Below, in pieces: positions 29,871 through 43,119 of a DNA stretch of 64,000 bases. The stretch is from Ostrea edulis. Its lineage: Eukaryota. The notes beneath the pieces were generated by a model. It worked only from the letters and a program-made list of their open reading frames with translations. It had not been told where the DNA came from and did no database searches. Numbering within the stretch: position 1 is the first letter of the stretch; each line of letters starts with the position of its first letter. Location of the stretch: assembly GCF_947568905.1 (NCBI RefSeq), contig NC_079167.1, positions 76,074,001 to 76,138,000 on the forward strand, in the 5' to 3' direction. The translations under genes were made by a program, and so were the position numbers.

Positions 29871-30107
29871 TCATTCAATAATGGTAAAACAGGGTATAGG
29901 AGTCCATAGATAGGTTATTAAATCCAAAAGAAACATGTATATGTTTGAAAATACAGTTTCCAAATGTGAATTAAGACCATGCCTTTTAGATATGCAAAGA
30001 GAATGGAGGAACATGAAACTCATATACACGCACTGTTTTCCTCTTGAGCTTATAGGGAATATTTCAGAACTTTGAGAATGATCACCTTGTAAAATGGAGA
30101 ATGGCAT
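29871..30107 (-). pseudogene. Fragment resembling the herpes-tegument-type deubiquitinase (peptidase C76-like) domain carried by animal Helitrons
   Basis: ILQGDHSQSSEIFPISSRGKQCVYMS fits the recalled QG-x-HQ-x4-F-x3-G-x-QC pattern. Short and decayed. Confidence 0.4.
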
Positions 30108-30569
30108 TAGAGTCTGTGGCCTTTACATTTCGAAATATCCATATGATTCTAGCATGCTGTGGCACTCAAAACTTTTAGATATCAAACTCAGTAGAAACAT
30201 GCTATTTTTCTTATTACAGATCAAGGTAATGAACTTTTTTGGTTTCATGATCTAATTACCTGACAAGTAGGATTTTATTGTGTGCCGGTATTTATGGAAT
30301 GGATAAACGAATATGATATTTATATACTATTTTTCAAAAGATATCTCAAATGAGTCATTTACCATGTGTTCAAAATATTCCCGCGTGGTTTTTAAATCTC
30401 CAGATTGTTCTCGCACTCTGTCATGTTATTCCAAAATGAATTATAATAGATTCATGAAGTTCTCAAACGATATCTCAAATATACCTTATATAGTTAAAAT
30501 AGTTCTCAAATTTTAATTAATGTCACACAATGAAAAAAAAATCTCGTATAATCTAATTGCTGAAAATCG

Positions 30570-30720
30570 TTGAGCAGGGAGGGATCTTTATCGTGCCACA
30601 CCTACTGTGACATGGGACCTCGGTTTCTGCGGTCTCATCCGAAGGACCGCCCCATTTAGTCGCCTCTTACGACGAGCAAGGGGCACTGAGGACCTATTCT
30701 AACCCGGATCCCTACGGGAT
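30570..30720 (-). mobile_element. SINE (ATCCCGTGGGGATCCGGG family), partial
   Basis: Homologous to 40136, 50800, 53522, 59911 and 63247; GTCGTAAGAGGCGACTAA core. Confidence 0.85.
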
Positions 30721-32969
30721 CATATAATCAATTGCATATCATGTTAAAATGTATGAACAATATATATATATGTACATATGCTTATGTTAGTAAACTTATG
30801 TTATCTGTGTTGTGTACACCACTGAACTCTCAGTATTATTATTTGTGTATATTGATGAGAAAGTCTTGGGTAATAGATGAATGTTATTAATTTTTCTACA
30901 TGTATGTGGTGTACGTATTACATGCCTGTAAACTGTATGGTTTTGTACAAATAAACTGAACTGAACTGGGTAGAGATTGAAATATGCCATGCAGACTTGA
31001 TCCGATGGGCTTGGTTAAGTTAGAGCAGTTGCTCAAATATCGTTCGCGATACCCTCAATCAAATTAATAAACCAACAAACACATCATGAGACCAACGGCA
31101 ATTAATATCAATATGAATTACTCCACAAACTACCAATGATTTGAAAAAAAAAGAAAAGTAACGTTGAAACAAGAAATCGCCCCATTCAAACAATTTACAA
31201 CTGCTCATGAACAATAGATCTTTATACTCTAGATAATCAACATTTTAATAGTATTTTGCAATAAAAAGTGTACTGTACATTATGTCCGTTGAATAAAATT
31301 TTATACTCCGTGTGATGCCGTGAAAACACACCGGGACAGTCAGTGGACGTGTGACTAAATTTCAGAGCAATACCTGTGACAAAAAAATCTGGAAAACTGT
31401 TTGACCTACTTCTACCCTTAAAATACTGTTAGTCTAGTCAATCTAGCTCAAAAATGAGCAATACCTCAAACTAATTGCAACAGAAATGAAATTTTGATTA
31501 TTCATGCAAGAAAACACATGCAAACAACATATTAAAAATCGGCTTTTGTATTTCCATGGGAAAATTGGAATTTTGGGGTAAAGTGATGTGTTTTTTCATG
31601 AAAATCGCTAAAAACTGAAAATTGAAGAAAATGTCCATTTTATGTAACATACAGTAAAAATAAGTTTCATATCTCAAATTTCAACCTGGAAATGTTCGAT
31701 TAATTTTGTTACAGCAGAATATATTCTTTCCTTGAGTCGACTGTAATTTTTGGGTAAAATCTTGCTTTTTTGAATATAATTGTTAAAGATTGAAATTTTA
31801 AGAAGAAAACCCACATTTTGTCATACGTTTGAGTCTACCAATAAAAAATTGAAGTTAGGATTTATTCATAAAAACTGCTCAACAAGTAAGATATATAGAT
31901 TATTGGCAATATATATGAAAAATACCATTTTAGGTAGGAAAACCTACCTTTTTCTAAAACAAAAATAGTGAAAAACTGGAAATGATAGGAAATGACTGTT
32001 TTATAGAAGATATGACATTGATCTTATAAATTTAAGAATAAAACGTCCAAATGCACAACCAAACTTTTCTGCACCAAAATTTATTTTCCCTTGCCGAATT
32101 TTGGGCTGAAATCTTCATTTTCCAACAAAAATCGTTAAAAACTGGATTTTGGAAGAAAATACTTTTTCCTGTCCATTGGGCATATATGAGTTACCACATG
32201 AAGATTTATACATTAAAATAAACTGTTAACACAAAAAAAGTGCCCCTTCAAAAATAAATGATCTGTAAAAGATGACCTACATTTTTGCAGTTACTCCCCT
32301 TACATCGAAAGTTGGAGGAGCGCTTACCATTCCGGTCCTATGTTTCACATAAATACATGTAGTATTTTAAAACAAACAGTGTGTAGTAAAGCTTACGTTG
32401 CCAAATTCTTTTATTAAGCTGAGTTTTAACAGTTCGTACTACATCTATGACGAAAAAAGGTTCAGTTTCTTCGATTTTATATAAAGAAATCTTTAATATG
32501 TGCACTTTGTCAAGTTCTAGAGTTTGGGAAAGAGGGGGGGAGGGGTATAGCCGTATTTGATGTTTAGTTCTATCCAAATTATTGTGCAATTAATACCGAG
32601 AATTTCAGGAGTAATCTGTTTTAAAGAAGGGGGTGTGTGTGTGAAGATAATTTCACAATATTGCCTGAAAATTGACAAGTAAATTTTAATCCAAAGTTAT
32701 AAAAATCCTTGATGGTGTGTGTGGTGGTGGTGGTGGTGGTGGTGGTGGGGGGGGGGGGGGGGGGGGGGGGGCTAAGGTTGTTCTCTCAGTTCAATTTTAC
32801 ACTTCCACCGTGTACAGTTTATGAGAATGCTATTTAAAAAAAAAAAAAAGAGGAAGGATGGCAACCAATCTGTCTAAAAATCGACCTCTGTACGTAAAAA
32901 TTTATCAACTTTGCATGTAATGATAAAAGGTGTAGAGCCATTATTGCTACGTGTCTGATAATTATATAA

Positions 32970-33165
32970 GTGATCATTTGAGTAATTACAGTACAGTTCA
33001 GTCCATGTTTTTACAAGTACAACGGCTAGTGTCACAATTTGCCTTGCATTTACAGCGAAAAACGTTCAAAAGTTTATCTGGCGCGACTTGTAATTTAGTT
33101 TTAACGGATACAAGAATTGTTGAAAGCAGTGATAAGCCCCAATTCGAAGGATCCAAATTAAATTC
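32970..33165 (-). pseudogene. Transposase C-terminal Cys-cluster remnant
   Basis: LDPSNWG...VAPDKLLNVFRCKCKANCDTSRCTCK, then after a frameshift HGLNCT. Confidence 0.7.
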
Positions 33166-33354
33166 TTGCAGTGCTCCTTTTCTGCAGCTGTAGTTAGTAG
33201 TTAGTGGCAATGACTGAACTTATAAAAATGATATTGTGTTAGACAATACTTCACAAAGCAAATCTCCTATAAGTGTCTCTATGGTATTCCATCGTACAAA
33301 GTTGATATGACATCGACACCAGAATATATCTTTTTGCTCTATGAAATCCTCATA

Positions 33355-33765
33355 TAGGAAGGTGAAGATAACGAACAGTGATCCATCTCGCAACTCCTAT
33401 CATCAATACAAAATAGAGAGGTGGGCAAACACGGACTCCTGGATATACCAGAAGTGGGATCAGGTGCCTATGGGCTATAAGGAGTAAGCACCCCCTGTTG
33501 ACCGGTTACACCCGCCGTGAGCTCTATATCTTAATAAGGCAAACGGAGTTACCCTTATTCAATATCATTGTGCCAAAAACGGCCTAACAATCTATATGAA
33601 ACAAGTCAGACAGATTTGACCCAATGATAGGTTGTATTGGCAAAGTAGATTGTTATAACGACCATATAATCGCAAAATGCTGACTTTAAACGAAACAGTT
33701 GAAACCCCTTCACCATCAACTTGTTTGTCAGTAGCCTGCCTCCATTTAAAAACTAATCATATACA
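33355..33765 (-). mobile_element. Penelope-like element 3' fragment
   Basis: Reverse complement is homologous to 58650-59038. Confidence 0.8.
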
Positions 33766-35348
33766 GATTTTTTTTCGCGATTTGTCTACATTTTGACTAT
33801 ACAGGACCCGTTCCGATGTCGAACATTCTTGACGTTGTGTCGCATCCTGTGAATGCATGTAGAAAGGGCAAGGATTGACAAACTTCGTTTCCTAAAAAGA
33901 CGTCTGGTTTTAACGATATTCTTCACTTAGGGGCAAGATCAAAAATTCAATGTCTCACAAAAAACTAAGTTCACATAGTTTTCACCAAGAACACCCCCCC
34001 CCCCCCTTTAAAACTTAATATGACAAATGTTGAAACTAATCGAATAACAAGAAAAGAAACGTACGATTATAAATAACACTCTGTATACCTTTTCTACTGT
34101 TTATTCACAAATGAAAGTGTACATTAAATCTATTAAATGTTTATTAATATGTTTTAAATATTATGTGGTATTCAACAGTCGCTTGTCTTTTTCCTTTTTC
34201 CACTAAAGTGTAATCGATGTCGGATGACAGAAACTTACGGGAGTTTTTATTCCCCTTTCCCTAACTAATTGAATTTAAATTTTCATCCGTTTCATTCAGT
34301 TATGTTTATTTCAGAGTTCGTTGCTATTTCTGTGCTTCATATATAGACATTTCAAACACAATGTGCATTTTATATGATCCTCTAAAATTTACGATAAATA
34401 ACTGTATCCCATTTCCATTCTCAATGATCGTGTGCCATCGTGGCGAGAATTCCATCGTCATCGAAAACAAGTTTTGTCTTGAATAGATGGCCGGGCGGTC
34501 TAGCGCGCTGTTCGCATGCTGCTAGGAGATGTGGTTCCGCAGGTCGTGAGCCCAAGACTAATTAGAAAGAGTAACTACTCGATTTTACATCAAATCATGA
34601 TACTATGCGCAAGTGTTTATTATTTATATTATCAATGTTTTATTATCATTATTATTACCCATGAATGACTCCCCAAACCTGAATTTGAAAAAGAAAAGCA
34701 AAAATACTTTACTTACTTAGTTTTATAAAAGTTTTTATACAAAGCGCTTGCTCAAATGATGAAGATACAAAATAACTGAAACTTTTAACTTTAAAGCCAT
34801 TTCCATACTTTCTTTTTTAACAACTAATTCCCCCTTGTAAATTGACACTAATTCTTTAAGACTTCATTTATAATTGATTATTCATAACTTTTAAAGTAAA
34901 TATTGTGTTTTATAATTAAAATTAATTCAGTAGAGGGTCAAACAAAATATTTTGAAGCTATATATTCGCGAAAGTTCCCCGGAAATGGAAGTCGGCAAAG
35001 AATATGAGATGCTGAGCAATATTGTATGTATATAGAAGGTCTTAAAATCACCTTTTTAATACAACTGTTTAGCTGTTTAATCGCGTTTTTTATTACATGC
35101 ACTTTAGATCGTCGTGTATAACTTTATTCCGATGACTGTCACAGTTAAGTTACTCCCCTTTACGTGTACGGTGTGCCGTAAATATCACAAAATATCGATG
35201 GTTTACTAAAACATTTAAGTCTAAATTTGAAATATTTCCCATTGTCCGATTTTTTGTATGTTGTTAATCACGCTTTTGTTTATTAAATTCCATCGAGTTT
35301 GTTTCTGTTGCAATTACTTTGAGGTGATTTGCTAGATTGACTAGACTA

Positions 35349-36292
35349 TGTAGGTCATAGTGCGCCAATCCAGCTGAAATTTTAACTGCACTTGTCTTCC
35401 TCTGAGAGGAAGCCTTTGACTAAATATCAGGGCAATATCTGTATCCGTAATGAAAAAAGCCAGGGAAACTTTCTGACCTACTTTTAGTTCAAAAGTAGGT
35501 CAAGGATGGACCAATCCTGCTGAAATGCAAACTGAACTTGTATTCATTTGAGCGGAAGCCTTTGACTAAATATCAGGGCAATATCTGTATCCGTAATGAA
35601 ATAAGCCCGGAAAACCGTTTGACCTATTTTATTTTCAAAAAGTAGGTCAAGGATGAACTAATCCAGCTGAAATGTAATCTTAACTTGTATCCCTCTGAGA
35701 GGAAGCTTTTGACTAAATATCAGGGTAATACATTGTATCTGTATCAGTAATGGAAAAAAGCCCGGGAACTGATCCAATGTAGGCAAGGATGGACCAATCC
35801 AGCTGAAATGTAAACTGAACTTGTATTCATACGAGAGGAAACCTATGAATAACTATCAGGGCTATATCTGTATCCGTAATGAAAAAAAAGCCTGGAAAAC
35901 TGTTTGACCTATTTTAAGCTGAAAAGTAGGTCGAGGACGGACGAATCCAGCTGAAATGCAAACTGAACTTGTATTCCTCTGAAAGGAAGCTTGTGTGTAA
36001 ATTTCAGGACAATATCTGTATCTGTAACGAAAAAAAAAAGTCAGAAAAACTGTTTGACCTACTTAAAGCCCTAAAGTAGGTCAAGGATGGATCAATCCAG
36101 CTGAAATGCAAACCCATTCTTACAATTATTGAGGGAAATATTGTGACCAAATTTCAAAGTTGTACATGCATTCGTTACAGAAAAAAAATCCGGAAAACAT
36201 TTCCCCGGGCGGACGGACAGCCAGCCAGCCGGACAGACACACGGACAGTACTATAACATAATACGTCTCGTCTATTGACGGACGTATATAAA
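35349..36292 (+). mobile_element. Helentron/HINE-type element with ~147-bp tandem array; left stub at ~31335-31429
   Basis: AATCCAGCTGAAAT motif at ~35366, 35512, 35659, 35795, 35943 and 36093. GGAC/GCCA microsatellite at ~36210-36248. Terminal hairpin TACGTCTCGTC-TATT-GACGGACGTA at 36262-36286. Confidence 0.75.
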
Positions 36293-39200
36293 TATATGTG
36301 TAACTATAAATAATAATCATTTAAAACATACATATCAATTATCACCTGTTATAGGGTGACTTGTGATTAATCACAAAGAATACCAACAACAACCTCTCGT
36401 ATCACGTGAAATGCTGATTACTGGGGATAAAGAATATTTATAGGAATTCTATTAATCTATTTAGAAAGAAAACCATAATTCTTCAATTGACATTTACGTA
36501 ATGGAATGAAACCGTGGGTGTACCAATTACCCCGGTACAGACGGAAATATTGCGTTTTTAAAATCATTTGATTAGCCACACAGAAATAAAAGGTAATTTG
36601 AGATGATCATTTCTTGAAATTAGATTTAGGCTGATTTCAAGGAAAGTCTAAGCTCATGCATTTACTATACGTAACATACTGGATTTTCTTTGTTCAGCAA
36701 TGAATGATTCACGGGATCTATATTTTTATTTCATGTATCTGTCAATATATTTATTTAAAAGACAGTAATTATACTCGCACGAAAGTATATACCTTTAGAT
36801 ATCTTGTATAACTTGCAGAGAAAACACAACAGTAATTTTATGACTTGAATAAACGTACGTGATCATATTTAGCATAAAATGACCCCTGGGAGGAATGTCA
36901 TAACCGATGCATTGCCAGGAATTACAAATGACATTTTTCATCTAAATTTCAAATGTTGCACTTTATATACAACATTGTTCATGTAGGCATATAGCGCTGA
37001 GTAACGGTAGCGATGACGTATTGCCTCTTTTCGTAATGTTTGCATGTAGGAGTTATCGTTCGTGTGGGACGGTATCTGTGAACTTCCGGTAAAGAGTATT
37101 CAATCACAAATATTTACTTTTTATGGTATGAATTCGCTTATTAATACATTACAGCCTAGCCATATCTCCTAACACTGCCGTTGAACACATCACAGATTTC
37201 CAAAAATTGCAAATACAAATGTTTCCTCAAGTAAGTCATTTAAAAGTAGCTAAACTGTACAAACTCAAAGTTGCACAATGTTCTTCATGTGCGGGACTCG
37301 GCGATCGGCTCCATTCTAACAGACAAACACATCAGACATTAAAGATTATAAAGAATTTGTATTCAGGTTGGCCCAGGAAATTGCATGCATTTCCTAAATC
37401 AGACCCACCCATTATGATAACCCTCGATTTACGGCGCAGGATTATTTTGCGTACAGTTGAGGTCCTATTAGGCCTAAATATCGATCGCTGAAGATTGCAT
37501 CGGAGGTAAAATTCTACATTAATTTAATATATATCAAAAAATGAAATGAAATAAACTGTGAAAATATAATAATATTCACAACTTATTCTCCATTACTGCA
37601 GACTTCTCTTCTAGCCCCCCCCCCCCCCCCCCCCCCCCCAATAAACAAACATTGTACGTTGTGTGATAAAGTAACTATCGATTCCATAAAGAATACAAAA
37701 GTAAGTGTTTTGCAAACGTGGACCCCTGGACACACCAAAGGTGCAAGCACTGAAGATCTTGTTTGTGAACACAGCAGTAATATTTATTAGTTAGTAGGAA
37801 TGACAATGGGTGAAAATTTGGTAACCAATTAGTCATAAATTCTTTTGACCGATTACAAGTAATTAACCAGTTAAAACTTAAAATTCTCAATTACTGTATT
37901 ATTTCATTTTATTTTAGCTTCAGTTTTTTTAATTCACTAAAAAACAGTATGATGAGTGCTTCGGTAAATAAAGACGTGAACAAAAACCGCATGATAGCAA
38001 GAATATTTGTAAAAATTCAAAATGTTCATTTTTTGCAACGCCACGCCAGAACGGTGCATCATATGATTATTTTCATTACAATATTTGGCTTCGAGTTTAT
38101 GTTAAAGAAATGGTTCTATTGTCTTGAAGTTTGTTTACAAGAATTGGTAACGTGGCAAATATCTGTTCGGACGGCACACGACATTAAAGTTACTCAGGAC
38201 GTGCGAGTCCGTTAGATGCATAACACAGCTGACATTTCTTCTCTTTCTCGTTTAAGTATTACTATGCGTGAAACATTGGGAAGTAACTCCGAAATATGAT
38301 TTAGTCTGAACTCCATGATTTTTAGGGTTACCCCCCCCCCTCCATTTTTATTTTCAACTTTGTATAATATATCTTTCTCTGACCAGAAATGTACATGCAT
38401 GTTACTTGTCCTCATTACCATATATTATAACGGTACGAATCATTGAACTGATTATAAAATCCATGGGGAAATTATACTGGCAGCGTCCACTTTAGCAGTG
38501 TGATACTAGTACTGCTTGGTAGTTTATTTTACGCAAGCATTATATAGAGCCTGACTGGGAACTTTCAAACAGGGTTTGACAAAATGGACTATAATTATCG
38601 GTATTGCATGCAATTTTACTTTGAAGATTATTAAATCTGATCAGTCATTAAAAAAGTTAATATTTAAACATCACCTAGACTTTTGAATATTACGAACCCC
38701 CCCCCCTTTTTTTTTTCCTTTTAAAACACATGTAATACAAGCACGATAGTATTTCTTTACTACACGGCCAATTGGTTACACATTTTCTAATCGGTTAGCA
38801 TTTTTTAAACCGAGTAATCGATTAACCGGCTAATCGTTGTTATCCATAGTATTTAACACATGGATATATATTTAAACGAACCAAACTTTGGATACATACC
38901 GTCCCGCACGAACGATAACTCGTACAAGCAAGAATTACGAAAATCCGGAATACTGATTAATTTGAAAATGTAGTGGGAATCAATCCAATGTAATCTCTTC
39001 CATATAGATTAGTATTTCGCACAATTAATTCATAACTTGCTGAAGAATAAATTCATAACTTAATAAATAATAAATCATGTTCGATAAAGCAGTTGTGGAA
39101 GGAAGATTTTCTTTTAAATCTCTGCTACCTCCAAAAATATAATTTTTATATTTATATACAAAAATATAATATAAATAAAATATAATAAAAATAATTTTGT

Positions 39201-40135
39201 TGCATATGACACAATACCATGAGCATTAGTGTTTTGTTTGTCGTTTTCCCACTCCATTTGCACCTCAGGAGTAAAAGAAAATCCCTAAAACTTATTGTAT
39301 ATCTAAAAGACACCACCAATCATCTCCCAAAAAGATGATTTGGCTACTGCATAAGATTTAAGAGGAGTTATGGGAACCAGGTTTTTTTTTTGTAGAAAAC
39401 GTCGTTTTTTCATCCTCCAATACGCACTTTCTGATTTGCCCAATACTGTAGCTCTTCCCTTTGTGGGACTCTTAGGCACATTGAGGCGCAAAACATACTT
39501 TTGTCCACACCCGGTGGGTACAAATACTTATCGCTGCGTTCGTATATTGCCTAAAGGAATATCATCATACGTCATGCAACCACCCAAGCTGCTGAGACAC
39601 ACAATTTTAGTAAGTTTAGTGATTATTTGTTAATCAAATAGCTCAAACAAAAATTGATAATTACCATCTTTCTTTTATTAAAAGTATTACTCGTGCAGAA
39701 GAGAAAATAAAAAAAAAATAAAAAATAGATTCATTTTTAATTTACTTGCCGAATTCAAGCAAATATTATTCTTCATAAGGTCAGTTTAATGTATATCAAC
39801 TTCTGATATAAACAAAATGTACGCTTTCATAACTTATAAGCGTGCAGAACGGTGATCAGGACTGCTTTATTTTGTATTCTATCGCTTCAAAAGTTTCAAA
39901 GGCACCGAATAGACGCAGTCAAGCATTACTTTTCTATTTTCAAACAGTTCTGCCACTGGCCTCCGACATGCACTGACATCACATAAACAACAATTCTGTA
40001 CCGAGTAAATCTCACGAAATTAAAGTCAATTAATTTCCCTCCACAATAATGCTTAGCAAAACATGCTACATTTTTTTTTTAAATAATAAAAAGAAGATGG
40101 TTTCAACTTTTGTGTGAAAAATATCAATATTTGAG

Positions 40136-40392
40136 ATCCCGTGGGGATTCGGGTTCTAGACTATATCCTCAATACCCCTTGCCTGTCGTAAGAGGCGACG
40201 AAATGAGGTGGTCCTTCGGATGAGACCGCAAAAACCGAGGTCCCGTATCACAGCAGGTGTGGCACGTTAAAGATTCCTCCCTCCTCAAAGGCCGTTAGCA
40301 CCGAGCATAGGCCTAAATTTTGCATCCTTTTACCGTATGAGTGAAATTTTTTTCGAGAGGGACGTTGAACAAAAAACAATAAATCAATCAAT
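40136..40392 (+). mobile_element. SINE (ATCCCGTGGGG family), near complete
   Basis: Same 5' start, CCTTCGGATGAGACC..CCGAGGTCCCG core, (CAAT)n tail. Confidence 0.85.
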
Positions 40393-40469
40393 AGATATCC
40401 AAGGGCAGGTAACTTTAACTTTAAACGGTTGTTTATGACACACGGGGTAATTTCAGTTTCTCCATATTT

Positions 40470-40972
40470 AACTCCCATATTTATGGAGCAATTTTCCATT
40501 ATCACCTGCATGTGATGCTTATGTCTCTCAACTGATTCGATACGCAAGAGCCTGTTCTGCGTATGAACAGTTTATAAATCGAAGAAGGCTTCTGACAAAC
40601 AAGTCGATGTTTGCTAATTCTATGGTCGTTATAACAATGTAATTTGCCAATATAACCAAACATGGGGTCAAATGCTGTCTGACTTGTTTCATACCAGTTG
40701 TTAGGCTGTTATTTATACATTGATTTTGACAACCGATTACTCCGTTTACCTTATCAAGATATATGGGTAATGGCGAGTGTAACCAGTCGACAGGAGATAC
40801 TTGCCTCTCCTGGGCACCTGACCCCCCCCCCCCGGGCACCTGACCCCCCCCCCCGGACACCTGACCCCCACCTCTGGATTATACATAGGGGTCCGTGTTT
40901 GCCGAACTCTTAATTTGTATTCCTTGCAGGAGTTATGAGATTGATTACTGTTCATTATCTTCGTCTACGTCA
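40470..40972 (+). mobile_element. Decayed Penelope-like 3' fragment
   Basis: YVSQLIRYARA-coding segment and shared 3' UTR, with an internal GCACCTGACCCC triplication. Confidence 0.75.
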
Positions 40973-41985
40973 AATAATGACCGAAAGAATATAATTCCTG
41001 GAAATTTCCTATTAATGGGACTGTCATCAAGAGTTAATCCCGTGGGGATCTGGATAAGAATAGATTTATTTCGTCCAGAGCAAACATTTTATACTATTCT
41101 CGTATTACAAACAGCACATGTGGCTAGTCTTTTTTTTTGGGGGGGGGGGTGTTTTCTTTTTTCATTATTATTGTTTTGTACAGGTGATTGTAGTTTGCTT
41201 TCTTAGATAATTTTATTATTTTGGATTTGTTTTTCGCCAAATATTTGTCATCTCTTTTGCTTTTCAGTTCCGATTTTCCATTTTTGCTCGTTTCTGTCGT
41301 TGCTCATTCCAGATCAATTGCTTTACTTAGAGTGATTAAGATCACCATTGACAAAAAAGTATCTATATGTAATCAACACAATGGAAACCTGTTAAATCAA
41401 AACGACGAACTGTGTTAACGACATTATATTAAACTTTGCTATAAACCTTTTTTCAAAACTGAAAACTAACTTCACATGTTTTATATGTAAAATGAACAGA
41501 ATTTATCGTACGGAATGTATCTTAATGTTTTTCAATTAAGTCCTAAAACAGTGGGTGGGTGGGGGGATTGTTATACAGTTAAATGGGTTAGGGTTTATAT
41601 ATTTCACCTGTATAACATCATAGGGAATTTCGCTTATTTCTAAAGGATACTATATTTGTATTTATTACAACAATATCAACCTGTGCAACCATGTTTTGAA
41701 ATCGAATGTCCTGAGGGTTGTGAACAACAAACAACTAAACAAAACTGATATGATATATTTAGCGACGATGTAACCCTTCCGTGTTTTTTTAGCTATCATC
41801 TGGAAGTAATATCCTAACTCTCGAAACGTAATTACATGTATATACAAATAAATTTCAATGTGACTTTTTTGTCAAATCTACCGCTAAACTTCAAATCCCA
41901 ACCTTTCATGTGATAACGTATGAGCTCAGAAATCTGTGATATTGATACGATCTGTAAATGCTATATATATATAGTCACACAGCAA

Positions 41986-42514
41986 GGCCGGATCCAGAGA
42001 GGGGGTCCGGACCCCTCCCCTTTTTTGCGGACCAAACAATTTAAGTTATTCAATTTCAACGAGACTTGGAGTCGTTATGATATGATAGGTGGATACTTGC
42101 ATGTAATTGCATCATTCATATTTATCAACATCAGTACATGTATATCATTTAATTCTAGGCTAAATAAGGATTTTGCACCTTTTACTGGCCTATTGGGAGT
42201 AACCTTTAAATAAGTTTTTTTAATTATTTAAAATCAGATGTTAGACGAATTTGACTCCACTTTTTTGGCACACTGTTTTCCCCTATAATAGCTCTAAAAC
42301 TTCATTGTTATTTCGGATTTCAAACATTTCGGTTGAGCATCACTGAAGAGACATTATTTGTCGAAATGCGCATTTGGTGCATCAAAATTGGTACCGCATA
42401 CGTTTTACATGTATACAAGCAAAAGGTGTAAATGGGGTGGGGGTGTAGATTGTGAAATGTAGCTACATGTAAAAGAAGTGCTAGACACCCCCTTCACAAA
42501 TTCCAGGATCCGCC
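41986..42514. mobile_element. Possible MITE with imperfect GGCGGATCC-type TIRs, enclosing hammerhead repeat 1
   Basis: GGCCGGATCCAG at 41986 and CCAGGATCCGCC ending at 42514. No clear TSD. Confidence 0.4.
42337..42380 (+). ncRNA. Minimal type I hammerhead ribozyme, intact core, within a repeat spanning ~42241-42410
   Basis: Stem I GCATCA/TGGTGC, CTGAAGA core, stem II GAC-ATTATTT-GTC, GAAA, palindromic TGCGCA stem III, AUU triplet (cut after 42374). Confidence 0.9.
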
Positions 42515-43027
42515 GATGCACAGCTATTGGTCAAGTTCCCTGCTCTGGCTTTGAGTAAATGTTTTATCCTTGAGTTCATTCATCAAAGAAAACGCGAGTC
42601 TAATCATGACTATATTTTAGTAATCCTACACTCACATGAAGTATAAACAACACATGCTATTTAGGATATCATAAAACAACATTAATCTGAATCAAGTGAA
42701 TATCAGCACTATCAATGAAACAGATTGGGTCCTCTTTCACTTTTTTTTCAATATTGTCTCACGAAATGATATTCCACACCAATACTTCATCTGATTCAGA
42801 GGCAAAACGATACGTTTGATTTCAATAATAAGGATAATTGAGAATAAATAAACAATAAATGATATGTTGAAATGAATCTGGGTTTTAATGGGCATTTGAT
42901 GATTGATACCTTTGTAGTGCTTCATTTTGTAAATAGGAAAAATCCAATAGTTGTCCTTTAATCATATTCGATCAATCTCTCTTTGTTAGTAAGCACTGGA
43001 TCATATGACGATAAATAGTCCTTACAG

Positions 43028-43038
43028 TATATATATAA
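43028..43038 (+). promoter_or_regulatory. Putative TATA box of the GPCR gene
   Basis: TATATATATAA about 85 bp upstream of ATG 43120. Confidence 0.45.
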
Positions 43039-43119
43039 GCCCGCTTGAGCTCCTTCAGGAAAGTGCCTAACTAAATTCATAATGTAGCAATTTATCCTGT
43101 TCGTTTAAAATCTTGGAAA

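Larger units (their letters stand above)
31430..35348. mobile_element. Academ-like non-autonomous DNA transposon (3919 bp)
   Basis: Perfect 18-bp TIR TAGTCTAGTCAATCTAGC / GCTAGATTGACTAGACTA, 3-bp TSD TGT, further subterminal similarity, internal Cys-rich transposase tail. Confidence 0.75.

Noticed and set aside
34488-34560. tRNA-like GGCCGGGCGGTCTAGCGCGCTG segment
   Set aside because: Too short and degenerate; probably a SINE head remnant.
39303-39633. Short ORFs of moderate complexity as host exons
   Set aside because: No recognisable motif, splice context or partner exons.
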